DNA of 64,000 nt from an uncultured Solirubrobacteraceae bacterium (GTDB lineage: Bacteria > Actinomycetota > Thermoleophilia > Solirubrobacterales > Solirubrobacteraceae). Each line of letters starts with the position of its first letter. Position 1 is the stretch's first letter. Shown one piece after another: positions 7,265-18,875 of this stretch. A model generated the notes under the pieces. That model saw only the letters and a list, made by a program, of their open reading frames with translations. It did no database searches and was not told the DNA's origin. The position numbers and the translations under genes are program-made. Location: assembly GCA_963837485.1 (NCBI GenBank), contig CAWINP010000017.1:21885-85884 (forward strand), given 5' to 3'.

Positions 7265-9928
7265 TTACTCCTGCGTATACGCCCAGTCGCGATCGCCGGC
7301 ATGGATGACCGACGCCTGGGCCGCCGCGACGCGCGCGATGGGCACGCGGAAGGGCGAGCAGGACACGTAGTCGAGCCCCGCCATGTGGAAGAAGTGCACG
7401 GACTCCGGATCGCCCCCGTGCTCGCCGCAGATGCCGAGCTTGAGGTCCGGCTTGCGCTCGCGCCCGACCCACGCGGCCAGCCGCACGAGCCACCCGACGC
7501 CGGGCGAGTCGATCGTCTCGAACGGGCTGCGGTCGATGATCCGCCGCTCCATGTAGGTCGGGACGAACTTGCTCTCGACATCGTCGCGGGAGAAGCCGAG
7601 CGCCGTCTGGGTGAGGTCATTTGTGCCGAAAGAGAAGAAATCCGCATGTTCGGCGATCCGATCTGCGACAAAACACGCGCGGGGGAGCTCGATCATGGTC
7701 CCGACGGTGTAGTCCTCCCCCTCGTGCAGCCCTTCCTCATCCCCGACGCGGACCACCAGCGCGCGCATGATCTCGAGCTCCTGCTCGTAGTCGACCAGCG
7801 GGATCATGATCTCCGGGTGGGGAGGCTCGTCCATCGCGATCGCCGCACGCATGATCGCCTTGACCTGCATCTCATAGATCTCGGGGTAGAGGATCCCGAG
7901 CCGGCAGCCGCGCGTGCCCAGCATCGGGTTCTCCTCGGAGATCGCCTCCGTGCGGGCCAGCAGGCGCTCCAGCGCCTCCAGGTCGTCGGAGCACTCGATC
8001 CGCGCGCGCTCCACCTGCGCCGACAGGTCGGGGAGATTGGGCAGGAACTCGTGGAGCGGCGGGTCGAGCAGCCGGATCGTCACCGGCAGGCCCTTCATCG
8101 CCTCGAAGATGCCCTCGAAGTCCTCCTCCTGAAGCGGCAGCAGGTCCGCCAGCGCTTCGCGGCGGCCCTCCTCGTCGGACGCCATGATCATCGCCCGCAT
8201 CTTCGGCTGCCGGTCCTCGGCCATGAACATGTGCTCGGTCCGGCACAGGCCGATCCCCTCGGCGCCCAGCTCGCGCGCTCGCGCGGCATCCTCCGGCGTG
8301 TCCGCGTTCGTGCGCACGCCCAGGCGGCGGATCTCGTCCGCCCACTCGAGCACCTGATGAAAGCTCTCGTTCACCGTCGCCTCCACGAGCGGCACGTCCT
8401 CGGTCGTGACCTGGCCGGTCGTCCCGTCGATGGCGATGCGGTCGCCCTCGTGGAGCTCGGTGCCGTTGACGGAGATCGTGCGCGTCTTGAGGTCGATCGT
8501 CAGCGCGTCGGCGCCCACCACCGCGGGCCGGCCCATGCCGCGGGCCACGAGCGCGGCGTGGCTCGCCTTGCCGCCCTCGGACGTGAGGATGCCCTTGGCG
8601 GCGTGGAAGCCGGCGACGTCGTCGGCCTCGGTGAACGGTCGCACGAGGATCACGTCGCGGCCGTCGCGGGCGGCGTCGACCGCATCCTGGGCCGTGAACA
8701 CCACCTCGCCCTTGGCCGCGCCCGGCGAGGCGCTGACGCCTTTGGCGATGATCTCGTAGTCGGCCTTGGGGTCGAAGGTCGGGTGCAGGAGCGCGTCGAG
8801 CCGGTCGGCGTCGATCGTGGCGATCGCCTCCTCCTTGCTCAGCAGCCCCTCGTTCACGGCGTCGACCGCGAAGCGCACCGCGGCCTGCGCGGGCCGCTTG
8901 GCGTTGCGGGTCTGGAGCATGTAGAGCTGCCCCTCCTCCACCGTGAACTCGGTGTCCTGCATGTCCTTGTAGTGGGCCTCGAGCGTGCGCAGGATCTCCA
9001 TCAGCTGGTCGTGCGCGTCCGGCAGCCACTCCTTGATCTCGGCGATGTCGCGCGGCGTGCGCACGCCGGAGACGACGTCCTCGCCCTGGGCGTTGGGGAG
9101 GAAGTCGCCGCTCGGCTCGGGCGCGCCGGTGACCTCGTCGCGGCTGAAGGCCACGCCGGAGCCCGACGTGTCGCCCTTGTTGCCGAAGACCATCTGCTGG
9201 ACGTTGACGGCGGTGCCCCAGTCCTCTGGGATGTGATTGAGCCGGCGGTACTCGACGGCGCGCTTGCCGGTCCAGGAGCCGAACACCGCGCGGATCGCGA
9301 GCCGCAGCTGCTCCGCCGGCTCCTGCGGGAAGTCCTCGCCGGTGTGCTCGGAGTAGAGCGCCTTGAAGCGGTCGGTCAGGTGCTTGAGCGCGTCGACGTC
9401 GAGCTCCGTGTCCTCCTTGACGCCGCGCTCGCCCTTGGCCGCCTTGATGGCGTCCTGGAACGCCTCGCCGGGGATGCCGCGGGAGACGTTGCCGAACATC
9501 TGGACGAAGCGGCGGTAGGAGTCCCACGCGAAGCGCTCGTTCTCGGTCGCGCGCGCGAGGCCCTCGACGGACATGTCGTTGAGGCCGAGGTTGAGGACCG
9601 TGTCGAGCATGCCCGGCATCGACTCGCGCGCGCCGGAGCGGACGGAGACCAGCAGCGGGTCCTCGTCGTCGCCGAGCCTCTTGCCGGCCTGCTCCTGGAG
9701 CCGCTCCAGCGCGGCCTCGACCTGCTCGGCCATCCCGTCAGGCTCGTGCTGGTCGGCGCGCATGTACGCGACGCAGGCCTCGGTGGTGATCGTGAAGCCC
9801 GCGGGGACGCGGTCGGCGCCCAGGACGCGCGTCATCTCAGCGACGTTCGCGCCCTTTCCGCCGAGCAGGTCGCGCATGTCCTTGGAGCCCTCGGAGAAGT
9901 CGTACACCCACTTCTGCTCGGCGGCCAT
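7265..9928 (-). CDS. ppdK: Pyruvate phosphate dikinase
   Basis: Motifs 'LLGGKGANVAEM', 'SVRSGARESMPGM', phospho-His 'GGKASHAALVARG', 'FSFGTNDLTQ' and 'GICGEHGGDP'. Confidence 0.97.
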   Translation of the reverse strand: MAAEQKWVYDFSEGSKDMRDLLGGKGANVAEMTRVLGADRVPAGFTITTEACVAYMRADQHEPDGMAEQVEAALERLQEQAGKRLGDDEDPLLVSVRSGARESMPGMLDTVLNLGLNDMSVEGLARATENERFAWDSYRRFVQMFGNVSRGIPGEAFQDAIKAAKGERGVKEDTELDVDALKHLTDRFKALYSEHTGEDFPQEPAEQLRLAIRAVFGSWTGKRAVEYRRLNHIPEDWGTAVNVQQMVFGNKGDTSGSGVAFSRDEVTGAPEPSGDFLPNAQGEDVVSGVRTPRDIAEIKEWLPDAHDQLMEILRTLEAHYKDMQDTEFTVEEGQLYMLQTRNAKRPAQAAVRFAVDAVNEGLLSKEEAIATIDADRLDALLHPTFDPKADYEIIAKGVSASPGAAKGEVVFTAQDAVDAARDGRDVILVRPFTEADDVAGFHAAKGILTSEGGKASHAALVARGMGRPAVVGADALTIDLKTRTISVNGTELHEGDRIAIDGTTGQVTTEDVPLVEATVNESFHQVLEWADEIRRLGVRTNADTPEDAARARELGAEGIGLCRTEHMFMAEDRQPKMRAMIMASDEEGRREALADLLPLQEEDFEGIFEAMKGLPVTIRLLDPPLHEFLPNLPDLSAQVERARIECSDDLEALERLLARTEAISEENPMLGTRGCRLGILYPEIYEMQVKAIMRAAIAMDEPPHPEIMIPLVDYEQELEIMRALVVRVGDEEGLHEGEDYTVGTMIELPRACFVADRIAEHADFFSFGTNDLTQTALGFSRDDVESKFVPTYMERRIIDRSPFETIDSPGVGWLVRLAAWVGRERKPDLKLGICGEHGGDPESVHFFHMAGLDYVSCSPFRVPIARVAAAQASVIHAGDRDWAYTQE

Positions 9929-9938
9929 GGAGCGGAGC

Positions 9939-10661
9939 CTATCTCGCGCCCACCGGCCGCAGGCGCAGGTGTGCGTGGTGCTCGAGCGTGTCCAGGATGG
10001 CTCGCTCCGCCTGGCCGAGCGCGCGCGGCTCGGCGGCGGGCGCCTCCGCGAGCGGCCGGCCGAGCGCGGCGACCATGAACGCGTGCGCGTCCTCGTCGAG
10101 CGGGAACGCGCTCGCCTCGCACGCTCCGCAGACGACGCCGCCCGCGGCGCCCGAGAAGCCGACGATGTGCTCGCGGTCGCCGCACGCGGCGCAGCCCGCG
10201 AGGTGCGGCGCGAACCCGGCGGCCAGCAGCAGCTTCAGGCGGAAGGCGAGCGCGTTGGCGCGCCCGGCGAGCTCAGGCCGGGCGTCGAGCAGCGCGAGCT
10301 CGTTGGCGAGCAGGTTGTACACGCCCGCGTGCGGGTCGCCGTCGTCGAAGATCCGCGCCACCGCCTCGCATGCGCGCGCCGCGCCGTCGAGGGCGCCGCC
10401 GTGCTCGCGCAGCCGCGGGTGCGCCGCGATCGTCTCGGCGGACGTGACGGTCAGCAGGTCGCCGCGGCCCTCATAGAGCACGAGATCCAGGCGGAAGAAG
10501 GGCTCCAGCCGGCCGCCGAAGCGCGAGCGCGCCTTGCGCACGCCCTTGGCGATCGCGCCCACTCTGCCACGATGCGGGGTATACAGGTGGAGGATCCGGT
10601 CCGCTTCGCCGTAGCGCATGGACCGGAGCACGATCCCTTCGGTCTTTTGCGATCCGGTTAT
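9939..10661 (-). CDS. recO: DNA repair protein RecO (start uncertain: ATA 10661 or GTG 10631)
   Basis: 'KTEGIVLRSMRYGEADRILHLYT', 'AIAKGVRK' and the Zn motif CAACG...CGAC. Confidence 0.9.
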   Translation of the reverse strand: MTGSQKTEGIVLRSMRYGEADRILHLYTPHRGRVGAIAKGVRKARSRFGGRLEPFFRLDLVLYEGRGDLLTVTSAETIAAHPRLREHGGALDGAARACEAVARIFDDGDPHAGVYNLLANELALLDARPELAGRANALAFRLKLLLAAGFAPHLAGCAACGDREHIVGFSGAAGGVVCGACEASAFPLDEDAHAFMVAALGRPLAEAPAAEPRALGQAERAILDTLEHHAHLRLRPVGAR

Positions 10662-10682
10662 CGCACTATACTTTCTGAAGTC

Positions 10683-10940
10683 ATGAGCCAGGTCACCGTC
10701 TATACCACCGAGCCCTGCGGATACTGCCGCGTCGCCAAGGCCCTCCTGAACAAGCGAGGCGTCCAGTACGACGAGATCAACCTCGCCAAGGACCCCGAGG
10801 GTCGCGCGGAGCTCGTGCGTCTGACGGGGATGATGACGTTCCCCCAGGTCGTCATCGACGGCGAGCCGGTCGGCGGCTATCAGGAGCTCGTCGCGCTCGA
10901 CCGTCAGGGCGGGCTCGCGACGCTCGCCGCCGCGGCGTAG
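10683..10940 (+). CDS. Glutaredoxin
   Basis: 'YTTEPCGYC', 'TFPQVVIDG...GGY'. It is divergent from recO, with a TATACT/TACTTT -10 element just upstream. Confidence 0.9.
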   Translation: MSQVTVYTTEPCGYCRVAKALLNKRGVQYDEINLAKDPEGRAELVRLTGMMTFPQVVIDGEPVGGYQELVALDRQGGLATLAAAA

Positions 10941-10947
10941 CCGGCGC

Positions 10948-11802
10948 TCACGCCGCCGCGGCGCGCTTCTTCCGGGCCGCGCGCGGGCGGGGCTGGCATG
11001 TCTCGCACACGTAGGTCCCCCGCCCGGCGGCGCGGAGCTTGCGCACAGGCGTGCCGCAGTTCGGGCACGGCTCGTGCTCGCGCGTGTGGACGAGGAACTG
11101 GTCCTGGAAGGTCCCGCTGACCCCGTACGGGTCGCGGAAGTCGTCGATCGTCGCGCCCTTCGCCGCCAGCCCGGCCATCAGCGACTCGACGACGGCGTCG
11201 CGCAGCGCGGCCGCCTGATCGCGCGTGATCCGGCTCGCGGGGCGCAGCGGGTGGATGCGCGCGCGAAACAGCGCCTCGTCGGCGTAGATGTTGCCGACGC
11301 CGGCGATCTTCTTCTGGTCGAGCAGGAATGCCTTGATCGGCGCTCGCGACCGGCGCGCGAGCGCGTACAGGTGCTCGGCGGTGAACTCGCGCGCGAGCGG
11401 CTCGACGCCGAGCCGAGCGTCGAAGAACGCGGCCAGCGCCTCGGGCCCGAGCGCGAGCTCACCGGTGCCGAAGCGGCGCGGATCGTCGAACACGAGCGCG
11501 TGCTCGCCGAGCGTCAGGCGCACGCGCGCGTGGCGCGACGGCTCGGGCGGATCGAGCAGCAGCGTCCCGGTCATGCGCAGGTGCATGAGCAGGTAGACGT
11601 CGTCGGAGAGCTCCCAGATCAGGTACTTGCCGCGCCGCGAGAGCCGCTCGACGCGCCGCCCGCGCAGCGCCGCCTCGAGCTCGGCGGGCGCGAGCGGCCG
11701 GCTCCAGCGCGGGTCGCGGATCTCGACCTCGTCGAGCGTGCGCCCCTCGACGTGGGGCGCGAGGTGGCGGCGGATCGTCTCGACCTCGGGCAGCTCGGGC
11801 AT
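10948..11802 (-). CDS. mutM: Formamidopyrimidine-DNA glycosylase
   Basis: N-terminal PELPEVE, 'HLRMTG', H2TH 'AGVGNIYADE' and a C-terminal zinc finger. Confidence 0.96.
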   Translation of the reverse strand: MPELPEVETIRRHLAPHVEGRTLDEVEIRDPRWSRPLAPAELEAALRGRRVERLSRRGKYLIWELSDDVYLLMHLRMTGTLLLDPPEPSRHARVRLTLGEHALVFDDPRRFGTGELALGPEALAAFFDARLGVEPLAREFTAEHLYALARRSRAPIKAFLLDQKKIAGVGNIYADEALFRARIHPLRPASRITRDQAAALRDAVVESLMAGLAAKGATIDDFRDPYGVSGTFQDQFLVHTREHEPCPNCGTPVRKLRAAGRGTYVCETCQPRPRAARKKRAAAA

Positions 11803-11886
11803 GGACGCGTGAGGCTAGAGCACGCCCGCCGCGGCGCCGCGAGCCGGCCTGGCAGCGCAGCCCCGCCGCCCGCGAGCGCCGCCCGG

Positions 11887-13173
11887 CTACCGGAACTGCG
11901 CGTGCGCGCGCGCGAACGCGCTCACCTCCTGCTCGACCGACGCGAGCGACTCGTGCAGCGTCCTGCGCATCACCCGATCCATGAGCTTGCGTCCCGCCGG
12001 GCCTTTGTATTTGCTGCTGCTGAACGCCTTGTAGAGCCGCAGCAGCCCCTTGCGCCCGTGCTTGCGCGCGATCGCGAACGCGGCTGCCGCGGAGTAGGAG
12101 TAGGCGAACGCGAGCGGCGTGGACGCGAGGTTCTGCAGCGACTTCGACTTGCCGAGCACGGTCAGCGAGAGCACGCGCTTGGATGCCGCCTGCTTGGAGC
12201 GGTCACGCAACACGCCGCCCACCAGCATCGCCCCCGCGTCGCCGTAGCGGCGGTCGTTGGACACGTACAGCGCCATGCCCTCCACCAGCCACGCCGGCAG
12301 GCGCCCCGACGTCTGCTTGACCAGCGACGCGTGCGTCATCTCGTGCGCGATCGTCTGCCGGCGCTCGGCCCGGCTCTCGCGCTTGAACCAGCGCCAGATG
12401 ACGAGCAGGCGCTGAGCGGACACGTGCGTGACGCGCTTGGCCGGGCCGGTCTCGTCGACCGCCGCCTGGGCGATCGCGTCGAGCGAGCCCAGCGCGCGCA
12501 CGTCGCGGGTGAGAGCCTTGGTGTCCTCGTTCCCGCGCGCGACGACCACGAGCAGCCGCTCCGGCACCTTCACGCCCGGCAGCCCGCGCTTCATGGTGAC
12601 CCGGCCGGCCTCGAGATCCTTCATCAGCCGCTCGACCTTCAGGCCGGCAGGCGTCAGCGCGACGAAGTGCGGGCTGCGCCGGACGGTGTAGTTCGCGAGC
12701 TGCCACGGCGCCTGCACGCCCTGCGTCGGCCGGTCGCCCTTCACGCGCCAGCCGTCCTCGGTCTTGGCGAACGTCATCGCCGAGCGGATCGCGAACTCGC
12801 TGTCGGCGATGCCGAGGAACCGGTAGCTCGTGATCACCTGCGCGGTCGCGGTGTCGCTCTTGATGCTGGTCGAGCGCGCCTGCAGCGCGACGTCCTCGAG
12901 CTTGAGCGCTCGCGCCGCGTTGGCCTCATGGCGGTCGCGCGCCTGCTGCGCGCCGGTGCTGGTATCGGCGAGCGCCTCGGCGTCGCCGTTCTCGATCCGC
13001 CGCGCGCGCTCGCCGAGCAGGCTCTGGAGCTGCTGCGCGTCGCTCTGCGGCGTGGCGGTCGGCGTCGCGGTCGCGGCCTTGCCGGGGTGCTCCTTGGACC
13101 TCGGGCCGGGCTTCGAGCCGCCGCAACCGGCGACCAGCAGAGCGGCGCCGACAAGCGCCGCGGCGAACCGCAC
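11887..13173 (-). CDS. Lipoprotein with gluzincin/peptidase MA-like domain
   Basis: Lipobox LVAG|C, an NTF2-like N-terminal region, then HEMTH and 'PAWLVEGMALY'. Confidence 0.7.
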   Translation of the reverse strand: MRFAAALVGAALLVAGCGGSKPGPRSKEHPGKAATATPTATPQSDAQQLQSLLGERARRIENGDAEALADTSTGAQQARDRHEANAARALKLEDVALQARSTSIKSDTATAQVITSYRFLGIADSEFAIRSAMTFAKTEDGWRVKGDRPTQGVQAPWQLANYTVRRSPHFVALTPAGLKVERLMKDLEAGRVTMKRGLPGVKVPERLLVVVARGNEDTKALTRDVRALGSLDAIAQAAVDETGPAKRVTHVSAQRLLVIWRWFKRESRAERRQTIAHEMTHASLVKQTSGRLPAWLVEGMALYVSNDRRYGDAGAMLVGGVLRDRSKQAASKRVLSLTVLGKSKSLQNLASTPLAFAYSYSAAAAFAIARKHGRKGLLRLYKAFSSSKYKGPAGRKLMDRVMRRTLHESLASVEQEVSAFARAHAQFR

Positions 13174-13256
13174 TGCACCTGTTGCATGAGTCACGAAGTC
13201 GTTGGTTCCCGCGTGAGCGGAAAAGCACACGCTCCTGAAGGATTGGTGAGCGAAAC

Positions 13257-14423
13257 TCACACGAGAAACGAAGTGCCCGGCAGAGCAGCGGCTTCGCGCC
13301 CGGCGAGCCACTTCAGGACCGACGCGCCGACGTCCGCAAACGGACCGTCATGGCGGCGGTGGCCATGCCCCTCGAAGCGGGCGAGCAGCGGCACGTACTC
13401 GCGCGTGTGGTCGGTCCCCGGCGTGGTCGGATCGCAGCCGTGGTCGGCGGTGATGACGAGCAGGTCGCGCGCCGGATCGAGCCGTTCGAGCCAGCGGCCG
13501 AGCTCGGCGTCGATCTCGCGCAGCGCGGCGTGGTAGCCGGGCACGTCGTTGCGGTGGCCGTAGACCTGGTCGGTCTCGACCAGGTTGGTGAACACGAACC
13601 CGCCGTCGAGCTCGTCGATGAGCCGCGAGGTGGCGTCGAGCGCCGTCCGGTTCGTGGGGGCCTTGTGCGACTCGTCGACGCCGACGCCGTCGAACACCTG
13701 CCCGATCTTGCCGACGGTGTGGACCGGCAGTCCGTCGGCCTGCAGCTCGAGCAGGTAGGAGCGTGCGGGCGGGGCGATCGCGAGGTCCTTGCGTCCCTGA
13801 GTGCGCTCGAACGCGCCGGGCTCGCCGCGGAACGGACGCGCGATCACCCGTCCGACGGAGTGCTCGCCGGACATGATCTTCCGCGCCGCGGCGCAGATCT
13901 CGTACAGCTCCTCGGTCGGGATCACCTCCTCGTGGGCGGCGATCTGGAGCACCGAGTCGGCCGACGTGTAGACGATCAGGTCGCCGGTCGCGAGCTGGTG
14001 CTCGCCGAAGTCGTCGATCACGGCCGTGCCGCTGTACGGCCGGTTGCAGACGATGTCGCGGCCGGTGGCCTCGCGCAGCGCGTCGATGACCTCGGGCGGG
14101 AACCCGTCCGGGTAGGTGCGCAGGGCGACCGGAGTGACGACGCCCATCAGCTCCCAGTGGCCGGTGATCGTGTCCTTGCCAGGGCCGAGCGGGTGCAGCC
14201 GGCCGTGCACCACGCGGTCGGGCGAGGAGGGGACGCCCACGAGCGGCATGATGTCCCCGATCCCGAGCCGCCCCAGCACCGGCAGGTCGAGACCGCCCGC
14301 GGCCTCGGCGACATGGCCGAGCGTGTTGGTGCCCGCGTCACCGTAGTCGGCGGCGTCGGGCAGCGCGCCCGCGCCGCAGGCGTCGATCACGATGACGAGC
14401 GCGCGCTTGTTCACGCGCGGCAT
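13257..14423 (-). CDS. deoB: Phosphopentomutase
   Basis: Motifs 'GKDTITGHWELMG', 'YTSADSVLQIAAHE', 'RVIARPF', 'TADHGCDPT' and 'DHTREYVP'. Confidence 0.95.
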   Translation of the reverse strand: MPRVNKRALVIVIDACGAGALPDAADYGDAGTNTLGHVAEAAGGLDLPVLGRLGIGDIMPLVGVPSSPDRVVHGRLHPLGPGKDTITGHWELMGVVTPVALRTYPDGFPPEVIDALREATGRDIVCNRPYSGTAVIDDFGEHQLATGDLIVYTSADSVLQIAAHEEVIPTEELYEICAAARKIMSGEHSVGRVIARPFRGEPGAFERTQGRKDLAIAPPARSYLLELQADGLPVHTVGKIGQVFDGVGVDESHKAPTNRTALDATSRLIDELDGGFVFTNLVETDQVYGHRNDVPGYHAALREIDAELGRWLERLDPARDLLVITADHGCDPTTPGTDHTREYVPLLARFEGHGHRRHDGPFADVGASVLKWLAGREAAALPGTSFLV

Positions 14424-14470
14424 TGTCGCAGCGCCGCGTCAGCGCGACTCGCGCGCGGCGTCGGGCGGCT

Positions 14471-15412
14471 TCAGCGCGACCTCGCGCGCGGGTGCGCGTC
14501 GAAGTAGACGTCCTTCAGGCGCTCGGCCGACAGGTGCGTGTAGAGCTGCGTCGTCGCGATGTCGGCGTGCCCGAGCATCTCCTGCAGCGAGCGCAGGTCG
14601 CAGCCGCCGGCCAGCAGGTGGGTCGCGAACGTGTGGCGCAGCGTGTGGGGGCTCATGGCGTCCGCCAACCCCGCCGTCGCCGCGTGGCGCTGGACGATCT
14701 TGTAGAGGCCCTGGCGCGTGAGCCCGCCGCCCCGGTGGTTGACGAACAGGCGCGACTCAAGCCGCTCGCCGACGAGCTTCGGCCGCCCCCGCGCGAGGTA
14801 GATCGTGACCGCGCGGGTGGCCGCGGAGCCGACCGGCACGAGTCGCTCCTTGGAGCCCTTGCCGCGCGTGCGCAGCACGCCCGCGTCGAGGTCGAGGTCG
14901 GTGGTCTCGAGGTCGATCGCCTCCGAGGCGCGCAGCCCGCACGCGTACATCAGCTCCAGCAGCGCGCGGTCGCGGAGCGCGGCGGGCTCGGTGCCCTTCG
15001 GCTGCTCGAGCAGCTTGGTGACCTCGTCGCGCGAGAGCACGTGCGGGAGCCGCCGGCTCTGGCGCGGCGCGCGCAGGTTCGCCGTCGGATCGGCCTCGAG
15101 CACGCCCTGGCGCCGCAGGTGGCGGTGGAAGGAGCGCAGGCAGGCGACCTTGCGCTGCAGCGTCGCCGCCGCGACCGGCGGCCGGTCGCCGTCGCCGGTG
15201 GCCAGCGAGGCCACGAACGCCGCCAGGTCCGAGTGCGTGACCGCGAGCGGATCGCGTCCGGCGAGGTGCGCGCCGTACTGGAGCAGGTCGGACCGGTAGG
15301 CCTCGAGCGTGTTGCGCGAGAGGCCGCGCTCGAACTCGAGATAGGCCAGGAAGTCGAGCACCAGGTGCTCGAACGGCTGGGTGGCGGCGGAGATCGGATC
15401 GGCGACGGCCAT
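14471..15412 (-). CDS. xerD: Site-specific tyrosine recombinase XerD
   Basis: 'ERGLSRNTLEAY', 'YACGLRASE', 'PHTLRHTFATHLL...LGHADIATTQLYTH'. Its position after pyrG and the NUDIX gene is typical. Confidence 0.9.
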   Translation of the reverse strand: MAVADPISAATQPFEHLVLDFLAYLEFERGLSRNTLEAYRSDLLQYGAHLAGRDPLAVTHSDLAAFVASLATGDGDRPPVAAATLQRKVACLRSFHRHLRRQGVLEADPTANLRAPRQSRRLPHVLSRDEVTKLLEQPKGTEPAALRDRALLELMYACGLRASEAIDLETTDLDLDAGVLRTRGKGSKERLVPVGSAATRAVTIYLARGRPKLVGERLESRLFVNHRGGGLTRQGLYKIVQRHAATAGLADAMSPHTLRHTFATHLLAGGCDLRSLQEMLGHADIATTQLYTHLSAERLKDVYFDAHPRARSR

Positions 15413-15458
15413 CGGCAGTGCCGTTCGCCGGGCGCCCCGCGTCCCCTCTTGAGTGCAA

Positions 15459-16010
15459 TCAGCCGCCCGGGCCGCGCGCCAGGCGGTCCTTGAGCCGGTA
15501 GAGCGCCACCAGGGTCTTGGAGTCCTTCGTCTCGGCGAGGATCGCGTCGAGCTCGGAGAGCGGGCGGACCTCGACGTCGATGCGCTCGTCCTCCTCGACC
15601 TCGGGGCGCTCGACGTCGGAGACGCCGGTGGCGAGGAACAGGTGGATCTCCTCGCTGGCGAAGCCCGGCGACGTGTAGAACGAGCCGAGCGGCTCCCAGT
15701 GCTCCGCGCGCTTGCCGATCTCCTCCGCCAGCTCGCGCTCGGCCGCCTCCAGCGGGCTCTCGCCCTCCTGGTCGAGCTTGCCGGCGGGGATCTCCAGCAG
15801 ATCCGGCGCGCCGACCGCCTCGCGCGGCTGGCGCACGAGCCAGAGGTTGTCCTCCTCGTCGAGCGCGACGACCCCGACGGCGCCCGAGTGCACGACGACG
15901 TCGCGCTCGACCACCTCGCCGTCCTCGTGGCGGAAGCGCATGCGCCGCAGCGAGATGAACCCGCCGTCGTAGAGCGTCTCGGCGCCGATGCGCTCGAACC
16001 GGGAGCTCAC
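15459..16010 (-). CDS. NUDIX hydrolase (ADP-ribose pyrophosphatase-like)
   Basis: Nudix box 'PAGKLDQEGESPLEAAERELAEEIG' and 'YTSPGF'. Confidence 0.9.
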   Translation of the reverse strand: MSSRFERIGAETLYDGGFISLRRMRFRHEDGEVVERDVVVHSGAVGVVALDEEDNLWLVRQPREAVGAPDLLEIPAGKLDQEGESPLEAAERELAEEIGKRAEHWEPLGSFYTSPGFASEEIHLFLATGVSDVERPEVEEDERIDVEVRPLSELDAILAETKDSKTLVALYRLKDRLARGPGG

Positions 16011-17113
16011 GCGGCGGCCGCCTCGTCGAGCAGCGCGAACGTGACGTCGAGCATCCCCTCCAGCGCGCTGACCGAGACCCGCTCGGTCGGCTCGTGGTTG
16101 TGCTCGGTGCCGTTGGCGACGTTGACGCACGGAATCCCGGCGGCGTCGAAGACGTTGGCGTCCGACGCGCCGGCGGTGGTGATCCGGCGCGGCTGGTAGC
16201 CGCAGGCGAGCAGCGCCGCCTCGGCGGCCATGACCGGCGGCGACGAGGGCTTCTGCCGGTAGCCGACGACCTGCTTCTCCGTGATCACGTCGACGTCGCA
16301 CTCGCCGTGGGTGGCGCCCTCGTGCAGCGCGTCGATCACCGCGGCGAGCACCTCCTCGGCGCGGTCCGGGTCCACGGAGCGGACCTCGGCGAGCACGCGG
16401 GCGCGCTCGGCCACGACGTTGGTGGACTCGACGCCGCCGTGGAAGTAGCCGAGGTTCGCGGTCGTCTGCGCGTCGATCCGGCCGTGCGGCATGTGCGACG
16501 CCGCGTGGGCGGCGGCGAGAATCGCCGAGCGGCCGCTCTCGGGCCGCAGCCCGGCGTGCGCGGCCTTGCCGATGAACTCGGCCTCGATCCGGTACAGCGT
16601 CGGCGACGCGACCACGACCTCGCCGATCGGCGTCGCGTGGTCGAACACGTAGCCGAACTCCGACCGCAGCCGCGCGGCGTCGAAGCGCTTGGCGCCCTCG
16701 AGCCCCACCTCCTCGGCGACCGTGAAGACCAGCTCCAGGCCGACCGGCGAACCCTCGACCGCGCAGCGACGGGCGACCTCGAGCAGCGTGGCCACGGCCG
16801 CCTTGTTGTCGGCGCCGAGGATGCCAGGGTTGGCGTTCTCCCAGCCGTCCTCGACGAGCACGGGCTCGATGGCGGCGAGCGGCGGCACCGTGTCCAGGTG
16901 CGCGCAGAACAGGACCGTGCGCTCGGCGCGGCCGGGGATCCGGGTGACGAGATTGCCCACCTCGTCGGGCTGCACCGCGAGGCCCATCGCCCGCAGCTCG
17001 CCGGCCACGTGCTCGGCGCACGCCGCCTCCTGCCACGACGGGCTCGGGATGCGGCAGAGATCGGCGAACGTCCCGGCCAGGCGGGCCTTCTCGGCCTCGC
17101 TCGCGCGCCTCAC
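16007..17113 (-). CDS. M20 family metallopeptidase (PepT-like)
   Basis: Motifs 'AHLDTV', 'LGADNKA', 'AEEVGL', 'SDAN' and 'HEPTE'. Confidence 0.88.
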   Translation of the reverse strand: MRRASEAEKARLAGTFADLCRIPSPSWQEAACAEHVAGELRAMGLAVQPDEVGNLVTRIPGRAERTVLFCAHLDTVPPLAAIEPVLVEDGWENANPGILGADNKAAVATLLEVARRCAVEGSPVGLELVFTVAEEVGLEGAKRFDAARLRSEFGYVFDHATPIGEVVVASPTLYRIEAEFIGKAAHAGLRPESGRSAILAAAHAASHMPHGRIDAQTTANLGYFHGGVESTNVVAERARVLAEVRSVDPDRAEEVLAAVIDALHEGATHGECDVDVITEKQVVGYRQKPSSPPVMAAEAALLACGYQPRRITTAGASDANVFDAAGIPCVNVANGTEHNHEPTERVSVSALEGMLDVTFALLDEAAAA

Positions 17114-17153
17114 CGGCGAGTCCGCACGGCTCGGCGGTGAGCGCGCGCGGAGG

Positions 17154-18875
<1,722 letters not shown>

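Noticed and set aside
6065-10078. 1337-aa plus-strand ORF, and many other long antisense or alternate-frame ORFs
   Set aside because: These are shadow ORFs opposite ppdK/dgt and other clear genes. They are expected at this GC content and have no motifs.
14471-15412. Tyrosine recombinase as a prophage/ICE integrase
   Set aside because: Sequence and context (pyrG-NUDIX-xerD-deoB) fit chromosomal XerD, and there are no phage genes or att sites.
15411-15453. CTCAAG and GCCGAT upstream of xerD as a sigma-28 promoter
   Set aside because: The spacer is 31 nt rather than 15, and the GCCGAT overlaps the start codon.
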